From an uncultured Acidobacteriota bacterium (GTDB lineage: Bacteria > Acidobacteriota > Terriglobia > Terriglobales > SCQP01): a DNA stretch of 64,000 nt. The number at the start of each line of letters is the position of its first letter. Positions within the stretch are counted from its first letter, which is position 1. The stretch lies in the NCBI GenBank assembly GCA_937898755.1, contig CALEJU010000005.1:3056-67055 (forward strand). Direction: 5' to 3'. The position numbers and the translations under genes were made by a program. This document shows positions 9,272-18,147 of the stretch, piece after piece. The notes beneath the pieces were generated by a model, which did not search any database, had not been told where the DNA came from, and worked only from the letters and a program-made list of their open reading frames with translations.

Positions 9272-10210
9272 ATGGCAGCAAACATTGCCTTCATTTTCCC
9301 CGGTCAGGGATCGCAGAGCGCCGGCATGGGCCGCGAGCTGGCGGAACAGTTTCCGGTAGCCGCGCAGGTGTTTGCCGAGGCCGACGCCACGCTCGGCTGG
9401 CCGCTCTCGCGACTCTGCTTCGAGGGGCCGGACGAGCAACTGAAGCTCACCGCCAACACGCAGCCCGCCATCCTCACCGTTTCAGTCGCCGCCAGCCGGG
9501 TGCTCGAGCAGCACGGCGTCCAGCCCGCCATCGTCGCCGGCCATAGTCTGGGGGAATACTCCGCCCTGGTCGCCTCCGGGGGCTTGCAATTCGCCGACGC
9601 GTTGCGCCTGGTGCGCCGCCGCGGCGAACTGATGCAGCAGGCGGTGCCGGAGGGCGCGGGCGCCATGGCTGCCATTCTTGGGTTGGCCAGTGCCGATGTC
9701 GAGGCGCATTGCCGTGCTGCAGCCCACGGCCAGGTCTGCGCCCCCGCCAACTTCAACTCCGCCGAGCAAACCGTCATCGCCGGCGATGCGGCCGCCGTAG
9801 AACGGTGCTGCGAGCTTGTCATCGCCGCCGGAGGCCGCGCCATCCGCCTGCCGGTCAGCGCGCCATTCCATTGCAGCCTCATGCGCCCCGCCCAGCAAGC
9901 GCTGGAGCCGGACTTGCAGCGCACTCCGTTCTCGCCCCTGCGTGTGCCGCTGATCACCAACGTCGACGCCCAGTCCATCACCGCGGGTCATGTGGCCCGC
10001 GAGCGCCTGATCCGCCAGATCGTCGCTCCGGTACTCTGGGAGCGCTCCATGCAGGTGCTGCTGGCCGCAGGGGTGACGCATGTCGTCGAGGTCGGTCCGG
10101 GACGCGTTTTGAGCGGCCTGCTGCGCCGCATGGACCGCAGCCGCAAACCTCTGAACGTCGAGGACCGCCGCTCGCTCGACGCCACGCTGACCGCACTGCA
10201 GCCGCAGTAG
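9272..10210 (+). CDS. fabD: Malonyl-CoA:ACP transacylase
   Basis: FIFPGQGSQ, active-site GHSLGEYSAL, NFNSAEQTVIAG. Confidence 0.9.
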   Translation: MAANIAFIFPGQGSQSAGMGRELAEQFPVAAQVFAEADATLGWPLSRLCFEGPDEQLKLTANTQPAILTVSVAASRVLEQHGVQPAIVAGHSLGEYSALVASGGLQFADALRLVRRRGELMQQAVPEGAGAMAAILGLASADVEAHCRAAAHGQVCAPANFNSAEQTVIAGDAAAVERCCELVIAAGGRAIRLPVSAPFHCSLMRPAQQALEPDLQRTPFSPLRVPLITNVDAQSITAGHVARERLIRQIVAPVLWERSMQVLLAAGVTHVVEVGPGRVLSGLLRRMDRSRKPLNVEDRRSLDATLTALQPQ

Positions 10211-10222
10211 GCAAGGAAACGC

Positions 10223-10963
10223 ATGTCAGACATCAGAACAGCTTTGGTGACGGGAGCCTCGCAAGGCATCGGCGCCGCCATCGCGCAACGGCTCGCCCAG
10301 CAGGGTCTGCGCGTCGCCCTCGCCGCGCGAAACGGCGCATTGTTGGAGACGGTGGCAGCCGGGATTCGTGCCGCCGGCGGCGAAGCGATTTCCGTGGTGA
10401 TGGATGTCGGCCAGCCCGCCTCCATCAAGGAAGGCGTGGCCGCCCTGGTCGCCCAGTTTGGCCGCGTGGACGTGCTGGTCAACAATGCCGGTGTCACCCG
10501 CGATCAGCTCCTGCTCCGCATGAAGGCCGCCGACTGGGATCTCGTTTTGCAAACCAACCTGACCGCCGCCTTCCATGCCAGTCAAGCGGCGCTTCCCGGC
10601 ATGATCCGCCAGCGCTGGGGACGCATCATCAACATTGCCAGCGTCGTCGGACACAGCGGCAATCCCGGACAGGTGAACTACGTCGCCTCCAAGGCCGGCC
10701 TGGTGGGTCTCACCCGCGCCCTCGCCCTCGAGGTCGCCTCGCGTCAGGTCACGGTGAACGCCGTTTCGCCTGGCTTCATCGCCACCGCCATGACCGACCA
10801 TCTGGGCGAGGCCAACGTGCAAAAACTGCAGGAACGGATTCCGCTGGGACGCATCGGAACCCCGCAGGAGATCGCCGCCGGGGTCGCCTTCCTGGCCGGC
10901 GAGGAGGCCGGCTACATCACCGGCCAAGTGCTGCACATCAACGGCGGCCTGTATCTGGGCTAG
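10223..10963 (+). CDS. fabG: 3-oxoacyl-ACP reductase
   Basis: SDR motifs VTGASQGIG, NNAG, YVASKAG. C-terminal ITGQVLHINGGLY is typical of FabG. Confidence 0.85.
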   Translation: MSDIRTALVTGASQGIGAAIAQRLAQQGLRVALAARNGALLETVAAGIRAAGGEAISVVMDVGQPASIKEGVAALVAQFGRVDVLVNNAGVTRDQLLLRMKAADWDLVLQTNLTAAFHASQAALPGMIRQRWGRIINIASVVGHSGNPGQVNYVASKAGLVGLTRALALEVASRQVTVNAVSPGFIATAMTDHLGEANVQKLQERIPLGRIGTPQEIAAGVAFLAGEEAGYITGQVLHINGGLYLG

Positions 10964-11087
10964 ACGCGAACGCTGGACCGCGGGTTCCGAAGGGCGCGGG
11001 CGGAAGGCCGTAGCGCTTCCCGCAGCGTGCCGTGCTACGGTCGGATTTTGCGGCCTTTGGTCCTCGCCCTTCGCCGGCGCGCCCCCG

Positions 11088-12080
11088 TCACCCGGCAGTC
11101 AGCATGCCTGCGAGCGCCGCGGTCACGGCGCTCTGCGGCACATCCACGACCCGGCCATGCGCCCGCACCACGCGGACCGCATCCGGTGTCCAGCCCACCG
11201 GATCGAACGGCGGAATCTCGCCGATCGAGATGACGTGCGCGCCCACAGCGGCCGCCACGTGCGCCGGGCCGCTGGCGTTGCTGAGCACGACGCGGCAACG
11301 CGCAAGCGACGCGGCCAGCGCCGCCAGCGAGAGGCCGCGCACGATCTGCGTGCGCGGGGCAAGGCGAAAGGGTGCAAGAGTCGCTTCGCTTTCTTCGGGC
11401 CCGGCAAAGACTACGGCCCGAAGCGCGGGCGCTGCCTGCAGGCCGGCGCACACCACGGCGGCGAATCGCTCCGCCGGCCAACGCCGCGAGGCATGGCCGG
11501 CGCCCGGGCAGACGCCCAACCAGTCCTTCCCCGGCAAGCGCGCGGCCGCCGCTGCCGTTTCGGCCGCGGAAGGACTCAAGCGCGGGCAACGGTCCTCGAC
11601 CGTGATCCCCAGGGGTTCGAGCACCCGGCAGTAGCGCTCCAACAATGCCGCTTCCGGGTCATCCGGCGGGGGCGGGCGGTTGATGAGCCGCGGGTAGGAA
11701 CGGGTCGGCCGCAACATGGCCACACGCGTCGGCACCCCGGCCAACCAAGCCAGCAGGTTGGTCTCCTTCAGGCTGTGCAGGTCCACGCTGAGCGCGAACC
11801 GTTGCCGGCGCAGCTGCCAGACCAGCCGCGGGATCTCCCATACTGCGGTGGCGGGCCGCGCCTTCCAGCGCACGCGATCCACCGGCCAGACGGAACGAAA
11901 GCCGGCCAGGCGAAAGATCTCGGCGCCCGAGCGCGAGGCCAGCACCGTGACCCGCTCCGCCCCGCCCCAGGCTGCAAACGCACGTGCCGCCGGCAGAGCC
12001 AGCACCGCGTCGCCCATCTGGCCGAAATGAATGAGCAGCAACCGATCCCGCTCGTCTTTGGTGTGGTCTGCGCCGTTCAC
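11088..12080 (-). CDS. Glycosyltransferase family 9 (heptosyltransferase-like)
   Basis: N-terminal RLLLIHFGQMGDAVLALPA and C-terminal SNASGPAHVAAAVG resemble the RfaF/RfaC-family pattern. Confidence 0.7.
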   Translation of the reverse strand: MNGADHTKDERDRLLLIHFGQMGDAVLALPAARAFAAWGGAERVTVLASRSGAEIFRLAGFRSVWPVDRVRWKARPATAVWEIPRLVWQLRRQRFALSVDLHSLKETNLLAWLAGVPTRVAMLRPTRSYPRLINRPPPPDDPEAALLERYCRVLEPLGITVEDRCPRLSPSAAETAAAAARLPGKDWLGVCPGAGHASRRWPAERFAAVVCAGLQAAPALRAVVFAGPEESEATLAPFRLAPRTQIVRGLSLAALAASLARCRVVLSNASGPAHVAAAVGAHVISIGEIPPFDPVGWTPDAVRVVRAHGRVVDVPQSAVTAALAGMLTAG

Positions 12081-12089
12081 GTTGTGCCG

Positions 12090-12857
12090 TTAAACCAGCG
12101 CCAGGCCGCCGTCCACGACCAGCGTCTGGCCGGTAATGAACGGTGTGCAGGTGGCAAAGAACAAAACGGCGGCCGCGACGTCCTCGGCGCGTCCCGCGCG
12201 CTGGGCCGGCGTCTTGGCCACCATTTTCTGCTCCCACTCGGTGAGCGCGTCTTCGACACAAATCAAACCGGGGGCGACGGCATTGACCTGGATGGTGGGG
12301 GCCAGCGCCCGCGCCATGGCCTGGGTGAGGTGAATCAAGCCCGCTTTGGAGGCGCAGTAATGCGCGTGGGTCGGAAACGCTCGCAACCCGCCCACCGAGG
12401 CGAGGTGAATAATGCGGCCCCCGCCCGCCGCGCGCAGGGCCGGGATCGCCTCCCGGCTCACCACGAAGGGCGCCTTCAGGTTGATGTTGAGCATCGCGTC
12501 CCATTGGGCGTCGCTCATCGCCTCGAAGGCCACGTCCTCGTAGCGTCCCGCGTTGTTCACCACCACGTCGAGCCGTCCGAGGGTGGCGAGGGTGGTCGCA
12601 ATCGCCTGGCGAATCTGGCTGGTCTGGGTGAGATCCACCTGGATGCCCACCGCCGTTCCGCCCAGCCGCCGCAGTTCCTGTTCGGTTACGAAGGCTTCTT
12701 CGCGCGACTCGCGGAAGGTGAAGGCCACCGCCGCGCCGGCCCGCGCCAGCTCCAAAGCAATGGCCCGCCCGATACGTTTCGCTCCACCCGTGACCAAGGC
12801 CACCTTGCCCGCCAGGACAAGCGGGGATTGCGACAGGGGAGGAGGAGCAGGTGTCAT
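12090..12857 (-). CDS. SDR-family oxidoreductase (pteridine-reductase-like)
   Basis: VTGGAKRIG, NNAG, YCASKAG. Start set at the ATG at 12857; the ORF track extends to 12899. Confidence 0.75.
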   Translation of the reverse strand: MTPAPPPLSQSPLVLAGKVALVTGGAKRIGRAIALELARAGAAVAFTFRESREEAFVTEQELRRLGGTAVGIQVDLTQTSQIRQAIATTLATLGRLDVVVNNAGRYEDVAFEAMSDAQWDAMLNINLKAPFVVSREAIPALRAAGGGRIIHLASVGGLRAFPTHAHYCASKAGLIHLTQAMARALAPTIQVNAVAPGLICVEDALTEWEQKMVAKTPAQRAGRAEDVAAAVLFFATCTPFITGQTLVVDGGLALV

Positions 12858-12961
12858 GGGACGTCTCGACCGGCACCCGGCGACCGGATGAATTTCCAAT
12901 CATACGCGCTGCTGCCGCCGCCAACCTTCAACCGCGCACCGCCAACCGTTATGATTCCCCC

Positions 12962-13708
12962 ATGCGACTGGATGTCCTGGCTCTGGCGGCTCACCGCGAC
13001 GACGTGGAGCAGACCTGCGGCGGAACGCTTCTGAAGATGGCGGAACAGGGCGCCAGCACCGGCATTCTCGATCTCACAGCGGGTGAGATGGGAACGCGCG
13101 GCAGCGCCGTCGAGCGTGGCTTGGAGTCGGAGCAGGCGGCCGCCCTGCTGCGCGTGCACTGGCGCGGCAACCTCGGGCTCCCCGATGGCGCCCTCGAACT
13201 GACGCAGGCGTTCAAGTTGCGGGTGGCGGAGGCGATCCGCGACACGCGGCCGCGCATCCTGATCGTTCCCTACCCGCTGGCGCGGCATCCCGATCACGCC
13301 ACCGCCGGGCGCTTGGGCTTCGAGGGCGCATTTCTCGCCGGATTGCAGAAGCTGGTGTTCGCCTCCTCGGAGAGCAACGCCTTCCGCCCCCATACCGTCC
13401 TCTACGCCTCGCTCTATGCCAACGAGCGACCGCATTTCGTGGTCGACATCTCGGAACAGTTCGAGACCCGCATGCAGGCCCTCCTGAACTACCGTTCGCA
13501 GTATGAAAACCAGGCGGCCGGCAAGGACATCTTCGTCGCGGAACAGGACATCCGCGCGCGCAGCGAGGCACTGGCGCGCACCTACGGCATGATGGTGGGC
13601 GCCACCTACGGTGAGCCCTTCATCTCACCCACCCCCGCCCGCGTCCATGACCTGCGCGACCTGCATCTCGACACCTTCACGCGCGGCGGCTTGATCGCGC
13701 CCTTCTGA
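12962..13708 (+). CDS. bshB1: PIG-L/LmbE-family deacetylase, BshB1-like (bacillithiol pathway candidate)
   Basis: MRLDVLALAAHRDDVEQTCGGTLLK...LDLTAGEMGTRG...HPDH is the LmbE zinc-site pattern and close to the BshB1 N-terminus as I recall it. Start at the internal ATG 12962. Confidence 0.65.
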   Translation: MRLDVLALAAHRDDVEQTCGGTLLKMAEQGASTGILDLTAGEMGTRGSAVERGLESEQAAALLRVHWRGNLGLPDGALELTQAFKLRVAEAIRDTRPRILIVPYPLARHPDHATAGRLGFEGAFLAGLQKLVFASSESNAFRPHTVLYASLYANERPHFVVDISEQFETRMQALLNYRSQYENQAAGKDIFVAEQDIRARSEALARTYGMMVGATYGEPFISPTPARVHDLRDLHLDTFTRGGLIAPF

Positions 13709-13718
13709 ATACGAGTGC

Positions 13719-13786
13719 AAAGTGGAGAGTGAAAAGTGGAAAAGCACGTGGCGTCCTCTCCACTTTTCACTTTCCACTTTTCACTT
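13719..13786. repeat. Inverted pair of AGTGGAA/AGTGAAA heptad tandem repeats
   Basis: Left arm AAGTGGAGAGTGAAAAGTGGAAAAG (13719..13744). Right arm CTCTCCACTTTTCACTTTCCACTTTTCACTT (13757..13786). Period 7 on both arms, with several alternative pairing registers. Confidence 0.85.
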
Positions 13787-13791
13787 AGAAA

Positions 13792-13819
13792 AGGCGCCCG
13801 GGCCGACTCCCGGGCGCCT
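13792..13819 (-). terminator. Intrinsic terminator (11-bp stem AGGCGCCCGGG / CCCGGGCGCCT, 6-nt loop), U-tract on minus strand
   Basis: Lies 20 nt downstream of the 13840..14241 gene. The minus-strand reading is followed by TTTTCT. It could also stop bshB1 read-through. Confidence 0.6.
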
Positions 13820-13839
13820 GCTTCGGTTGCGCGTGCGGT

Positions 13840-14241
13840 CTAGTGGTGGCGATGCCCGCGGTGATGCCCGCCGTCGTCGCCGCGCTTCTCGTGGTGCTCG
13901 AAGCCCTTCTCGCGATGCATGAAGCGCTTGGGATGCTCGCGCACTTCCTCGCGCACTGCCGGGTGTTGACCGAGGTATTCCTTCAACTCGGGGTGCTTTT
14001 CCACGAAGTCCTGGTTGCGGATCAAGCCGGGATGGGCCTTGAGCGCCTCCGCCACTTCCTTGTGGCTGTCGAGAAACTTGTCGAAGCTCGCCACCTCGCC
14101 CCGCGTGACGTCCTTGCCGTTCTGCATCGCTGCCGGGGCGGTATTGGATGCAGCAGTCTGGGCGGACATTCCGGGGACCACCAGGGCGCCCGCTAACAGC
14201 GCCAAGCCGGCCACGTTCATCAACTGCAATGAGCGGTTCAT
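13840..14241 (-). CDS. Small secreted protein with His-rich C-terminus (hypothetical)
   Basis: Signal peptide MNRSLQLMNVAGLALLAGALVVPGMSAQ. The mature part has repeated HP-helix motifs (KAHPGL, EKHPEL, GQHPAV, REHPKR) and ends HHEKRGDDGGHHRGHRHH. It has its own terminator. Confidence 0.6.
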   Translation of the reverse strand: MNRSLQLMNVAGLALLAGALVVPGMSAQTAASNTAPAAMQNGKDVTRGEVASFDKFLDSHKEVAEALKAHPGLIRNQDFVEKHPELKEYLGQHPAVREEVREHPKRFMHREKGFEHHEKRGDDGGHHRGHRHH

Positions 14242-14919
14242 CGCGTTCTCCTTTGATCGCCTGAGACATCCGGAACGAAGTGTTTCACTTCTGTTTCAGG
14301 GGGAATGGATGGTTCGATTCACTAAAACCGGCGGGAAGGAAAATGTTGCGGACACCGGCGCGTCAGCCATGCGCAGCTTCCCACGCCCATGCGGCGCCGG
14401 GAACCTCGATTCCCCCGGCGCTCGCGTTGCTCGCTGCTTCGTACTCGAGTTCTGCCCGACACGCGACGCTTGGCGCCATCCCGTCGGGCGACACCGGACC
14501 GTCCGCAGGAATTTCGCAGACCGCTGTTGGGTTGGGCGCCGATGTATTCAGCTCCACAGGAGCCGCCTCTCGGCGGGTGAGGAGGCCACGGCGGCTGGGT
14601 AGCAATCAGCGGCCGTGGCTATGAGCGCAGGCGACGAGTGTGAGAATCGCCCCGCGTGTTGTTTCCTTATACGGAAAGCGCCAGCATTTCCCGTCCAAGA
14701 AAAATGGGCCCGCCTGATGTGGGGAACATCCCGGGTCTTCCGGGACGTTCCCCCGACCTCGCTTCGGGTGATTCACTTGTCAGAGAGCTACGACAAGCGT
14801 GTCCTTCTTAAACGGAATTGGGAGCCGTTTCCCGTCTAGGCGTGCCTGACGCGCGCCGGGACCGCCTCATGGTGCGCTAGACTAGAGAGCCCGTGGGTTG
14901 CCCGACCTGCGCTGGTTGC

Positions 14920-15009
14920 GGAGAGATGGCCGAGTGGCTGAAGGCGCACGCTTGGAAAGCGTGTATATCCGAAAGGGTATCCAGGGTTCGAATCCCTGTC
15001 TCTCCGCCA
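14920..15009 (+). tRNA. tRNA-Ser (anticodon GGA), CCA encoded
   Basis: GGAGAGA/TCTCTCC acceptor, anticodon stem CACGC/GCGTG with loop TTGGAAA, long variable arm, GGTTCGAATCC T-loop. Confidence 0.9.
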
Positions 15010-15288
15010 TCCTGATCTGGTCGCGCCCCATTGCAACTTAAGTCACAATCCCTTCCCCACCCTCTTCTGGCGGCGAACTAAAAGCGAAGACATTGCGACG
15101 AGATTGTCGCGAAATTGCGCCGAAATCTTTGTCTTGTTTCGGCCTGCTATCCCGCCAGAATGGCCGCAGGTTGTGCCTCGGTTCGCCCGGGAATTGGTTT
15201 CGCTGCTTGTGCGCGTTGCGGTGTTTGCCGATGACGATCACCCGGCTTGGAGGCCTTCCCGGATTTGCCATGTGCCACGGAGGTTCCC

Positions 15289-15996
15289 ATGTCCACCCAC
15301 TCGCTGCCGCTCACGCTGGACGCCTTTTCGCCGCGTGAGAGACAGATCGTCTCCGAATTATTGGAAGCGCAGTCGGTCAAGGAAATCGCCTGCAAACTCA
15401 ACCTGAGCGTCAATACCGTCAAGGATTATCTGAAGACGGTGTACCAGAAGGCCCAGGTACACTCCGCCCGTGAACTGCTGGTCAAGCTCTACGAGGAGCG
15501 CGAGCTGCGGCCGGCCGAACCTCTCCCCGCCGCGCAACTGGTGGCAGTGGCCGAGGCGCTGCTTGATGCCGGACGGCCGGAAGAGGTTTTGGACCGGTTG
15601 GTGCTTGGGGCGCGCAACGCGACCAGTGCTCGCCGGGTCAGCTGCTGGCTCGCCCTGCGCGCCGGCGGGGATATCCTGCTGACCGGATATCGCAGCGGGG
15701 AAACACGGCTGCCCGGCAATGGGCCCTTCCTCCGCGGCGTGTTGCAGGAGGGCTTCGGCCAGCTCCTCACCAATGACGTGCTGGCCGGGGAACGGCGCCG
15801 GATGGAAAGTTTTGGCGCGCTGGGGGAGATCACGGCATGCCGCGTCCGCATGCCCGGCCGGCATGGCCTCCTGCTCGCCTCCGACCCCAGTGGCGGCACC
15901 TTCAGCCCGGTCGAGATCGGGGCGCTCCGACTGCTGGCGCGTCTCGCCGAAACCGCGCTGCTGCGCTTGGGATCCAGCAGCGCCGCCGCCGTCTGA
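15289..15996 (+). CDS. LuxR-family transcriptional regulator (N-terminal HTH, C-terminal sensor-like domain)
   Basis: LSPRERQIVSELLEAQSVKEIACKLNLSVNTVKDYLKTVYQKAQV is a LuxR/GerE HTH. ATG at 15289 has GGAGG 6 nt upstream. Confidence 0.75.
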   Translation: MSTHSLPLTLDAFSPRERQIVSELLEAQSVKEIACKLNLSVNTVKDYLKTVYQKAQVHSARELLVKLYEERELRPAEPLPAAQLVAVAEALLDAGRPEEVLDRLVLGARNATSARRVSCWLALRAGGDILLTGYRSGETRLPGNGPFLRGVLQEGFGQLLTNDVLAGERRRMESFGALGEITACRVRMPGRHGLLLASDPSGGTFSPVEIGALRLLARLAETALLRLGSSSAAAV

Positions 15997-16037
15997 ACGC
16001 GACAGGCGTACCTGCACGCCGTCCCGGCGGCATAAGG

Positions 16038-16122
16038 CTGTTGGATTTTGGTTGTTGGATTTTATCGTAGGAGTTGGCGTTCCTCTCCACGCCTAAAATC
16101 TAACAACCAAAATCTAACAACC
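16038..16122 (+). repeat. Long hairpin built from GGATTTT/GGTTGTT heptads (~26-bp stem, 29-nt loop)
   Basis: Left arm CTGTTGGATTTTGGTTGTTGGATTTTA. Right arm TAAAATCTAACAACCAAAATCTAACAACC. The two non-Watson-Crick positions are G-U on the plus-strand RNA but C-A on the minus strand. Confidence 0.85.
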
Positions 16123-16182
16123 TTCAAAATTCAACAACAGATTTAATCCAACACCAACACTCGATTCGTTACAATCGCCTCC

Positions 16183-18099
16183 GTGAAGCACGTTGTCCTC
16201 TTGCTCAGCCTGCTAGCTGGCGTTTCCCTGCTCTCCGCCCAGAACTCGACCGAATGGCCCGCCTATGGCCATGATGGCGGGGGTACCCGCTTCTCGCCGC
16301 TCGCCCAGGTCAACCGCGACAACGTCACGCATCTCGCCGTTGCGTGGACCGTCCATACCGGCGACTTCAGCGGCCCGAAGTGGCCTTACGAGAAGAAAAG
16401 CGCCTTCGAGGCCACCCCCATCGTGGCGGGCGGCACCATGTTCGTCTGCACCGCGTTTGATCGCGTGCTGGCGCTCGACCCCGCCACCGGCGCCACCCGC
16501 TGGGCGTTCGACCCCAAGATTGACCGCACCCGCGACTACGGCGACGGCTTCATCTGCCGCGGCGTCTCCGCCTGGCCCGCCGCTCCCACGCACGTGCGTC
16601 CGCAGCGCATCTACGTCGCCACCTTGGACGCCCGCCTGATCGCGCTCGATGCCGCGAGCGGCGCCCCCGTCGCCGACTTCGGCGATCACGGCACCGTGGA
16701 CCTCTCCCAGGGCATCGTCGAGCTGAATCCCGGCGAGTACCACATGACCTCGGCGCCGGCCGTGATCGGCGACACGATTGTCGTCGGCTCGGCCATTGAC
16801 GACAACGGTCGCGTCAATATGCCGAGCGGCGTGGTGCGCGCCTACGACGCCCGCACCGGGGCGCTGCGCTGGAAGTGGGACCCCATTCCCCGCGACCCCG
16901 CCGACCCCGCCCGCAAAACCTGGCAGGGCGACACTGCGACGCAGACCGGCGCCGCCAACGCCTGGTCCACCATCTCCGTTGACCCGGCACGCGGACTGGT
17001 GTTTGTTCCCACCGGCAGCGCCAGCCCGGACTACTACGGCGGTCTGCGCAAGGGCGCCAACCTCTACGCCGACTCTGTCGTCGCCCTGCACGCCGCCACC
17101 GGCAAGGTCGCCTGGGCCTTCCAGTTCGAGCACCACGACCTTTGGGACTACGACGTCTCCTCGCAGCCGTCGTTGCTCGAAGTGTCCCGCGACGGCCACC
17201 CCGTTCCCGCCGTGCTCGCCACCAACAAGACCGGCAACCTCTATTTCCTGGATCGCGAAACCGGCAAGCCATTGTTCCCGGTCGAGGAGCGCCCGGTCCC
17301 GCAGAGCGACGTTCCCGGCGAGCAGACCTCGCCGACCCAGCCCTTTCCCACCACGCCGGCGCTCGTTCCGCAGCACCTCAGCGCCGCCGACGCCTGGGGA
17401 CTCAATGCCAGTGATCGCGCGTGGTGCCGCCAGACCATGAGCGGTCTGCGCGCCGAGGGCATCTTCACCCCGCCCAGCCTGCGCGGCAGCCTGATCTTCC
17501 CCGGCCACATCGGCGGGGTCGCCTGGGGCGGCGCCGCCGTGGATGCACCCGACGGCCTGGTTTTTCTCAACACCAACCGTCTCGCGGCGCTCATCCGGCT
17601 GGTGCCGCGCGCCCACCTCGCGGCCTATGAAAAGGCGCATCCCGACGTCGAGATCGGCGGCCAGCGTGGCTCGCCATACGCACTCAGCCGCGAATTCCTG
17701 CTCAGCCCCAGCCACACGCCCTGCAACCCTCCGCCGTGGGGCACGCTGACCGCGGTCGAGATCGCGACCGGAAAGATCCGCTGGGAGACTCCGTTCGGCT
17801 CCTGGCCGTATCCCAAACCGCAGGCCACCACGTGGGGAGGCATCAACATGGCGGGGCCGATGGCTACCGCCGGCGGCCTGGTGTTCGACGCTTCGACCAC
17901 CGACAAACTCTTGCGCGCCTTCGACGCGCAGACCGGCAAGCTGCTCTGGGCAGGCGCCCTGCCCTTCACTTCGCCGGCCACGCCCATGACTTACCTCGCC
18001 CCGAACGGCAGACAGTACGTCGTCATCGCCTCCGGCGGCCATGGCAAGCTCAGCGCCGAGTTGGGCGATGCGCTGGTCGCCTTCGCGCTGCCTAAGTGA
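16183..18099 (+). CDS. PQQ-dependent dehydrogenase (glucose/quinate/shikimate dehydrogenase family), secreted
   Basis: GTG start and signal peptide. WPAYGHDGGGTRFSPL at the N-terminus plus repeated W-containing beta-propeller motifs are typical of quinoprotein dehydrogenases. 638 aa. Confidence 0.8.
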   Translation: MKHVVLLLSLLAGVSLLSAQNSTEWPAYGHDGGGTRFSPLAQVNRDNVTHLAVAWTVHTGDFSGPKWPYEKKSAFEATPIVAGGTMFVCTAFDRVLALDPATGATRWAFDPKIDRTRDYGDGFICRGVSAWPAAPTHVRPQRIYVATLDARLIALDAASGAPVADFGDHGTVDLSQGIVELNPGEYHMTSAPAVIGDTIVVGSAIDDNGRVNMPSGVVRAYDARTGALRWKWDPIPRDPADPARKTWQGDTATQTGAANAWSTISVDPARGLVFVPTGSASPDYYGGLRKGANLYADSVVALHAATGKVAWAFQFEHHDLWDYDVSSQPSLLEVSRDGHPVPAVLATNKTGNLYFLDRETGKPLFPVEERPVPQSDVPGEQTSPTQPFPTTPALVPQHLSAADAWGLNASDRAWCRQTMSGLRAEGIFTPPSLRGSLIFPGHIGGVAWGGAAVDAPDGLVFLNTNRLAALIRLVPRAHLAAYEKAHPDVEIGGQRGSPYALSREFLLSPSHTPCNPPPWGTLTAVEIATGKIRWETPFGSWPYPKPQATTWGGINMAGPMATAGGLVFDASTTDKLLRAFDAQTGKLLWAGALPFTSPATPMTYLAPNGRQYVVIASGGHGKLSAELGDALVAFALPK

Positions 18100-18147
18100 A
18101 ACGAGGCGAGGGCCGATGACCGAAAAAACGGGATGGCGCGACCCGCG

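Noticed and set aside
14363-14605. An 80-codon minus-strand ORF (…CEIPADGPVSPDGMAPSVACRAELEYEAASNASAGGIEVPGAAWAWEAAHG), considered as a small secreted or RiPP-like peptide.
   Set aside because: Weak codon bias for this genome, no SD, no signal peptide or modifying enzymes nearby, and a non-ATG start assumed by the ORF track. Kept only as part of the unexplained-region finding.
16170-16185. TACAAT 7 nt upstream of the PQQ-dehydrogenase GTG, considered as evidence for a leaderless mRNA.
   Set aside because: Leaderless translation normally needs an AUG at the 5' end. No -35 is evident, and a single hexamer match is weak evidence.
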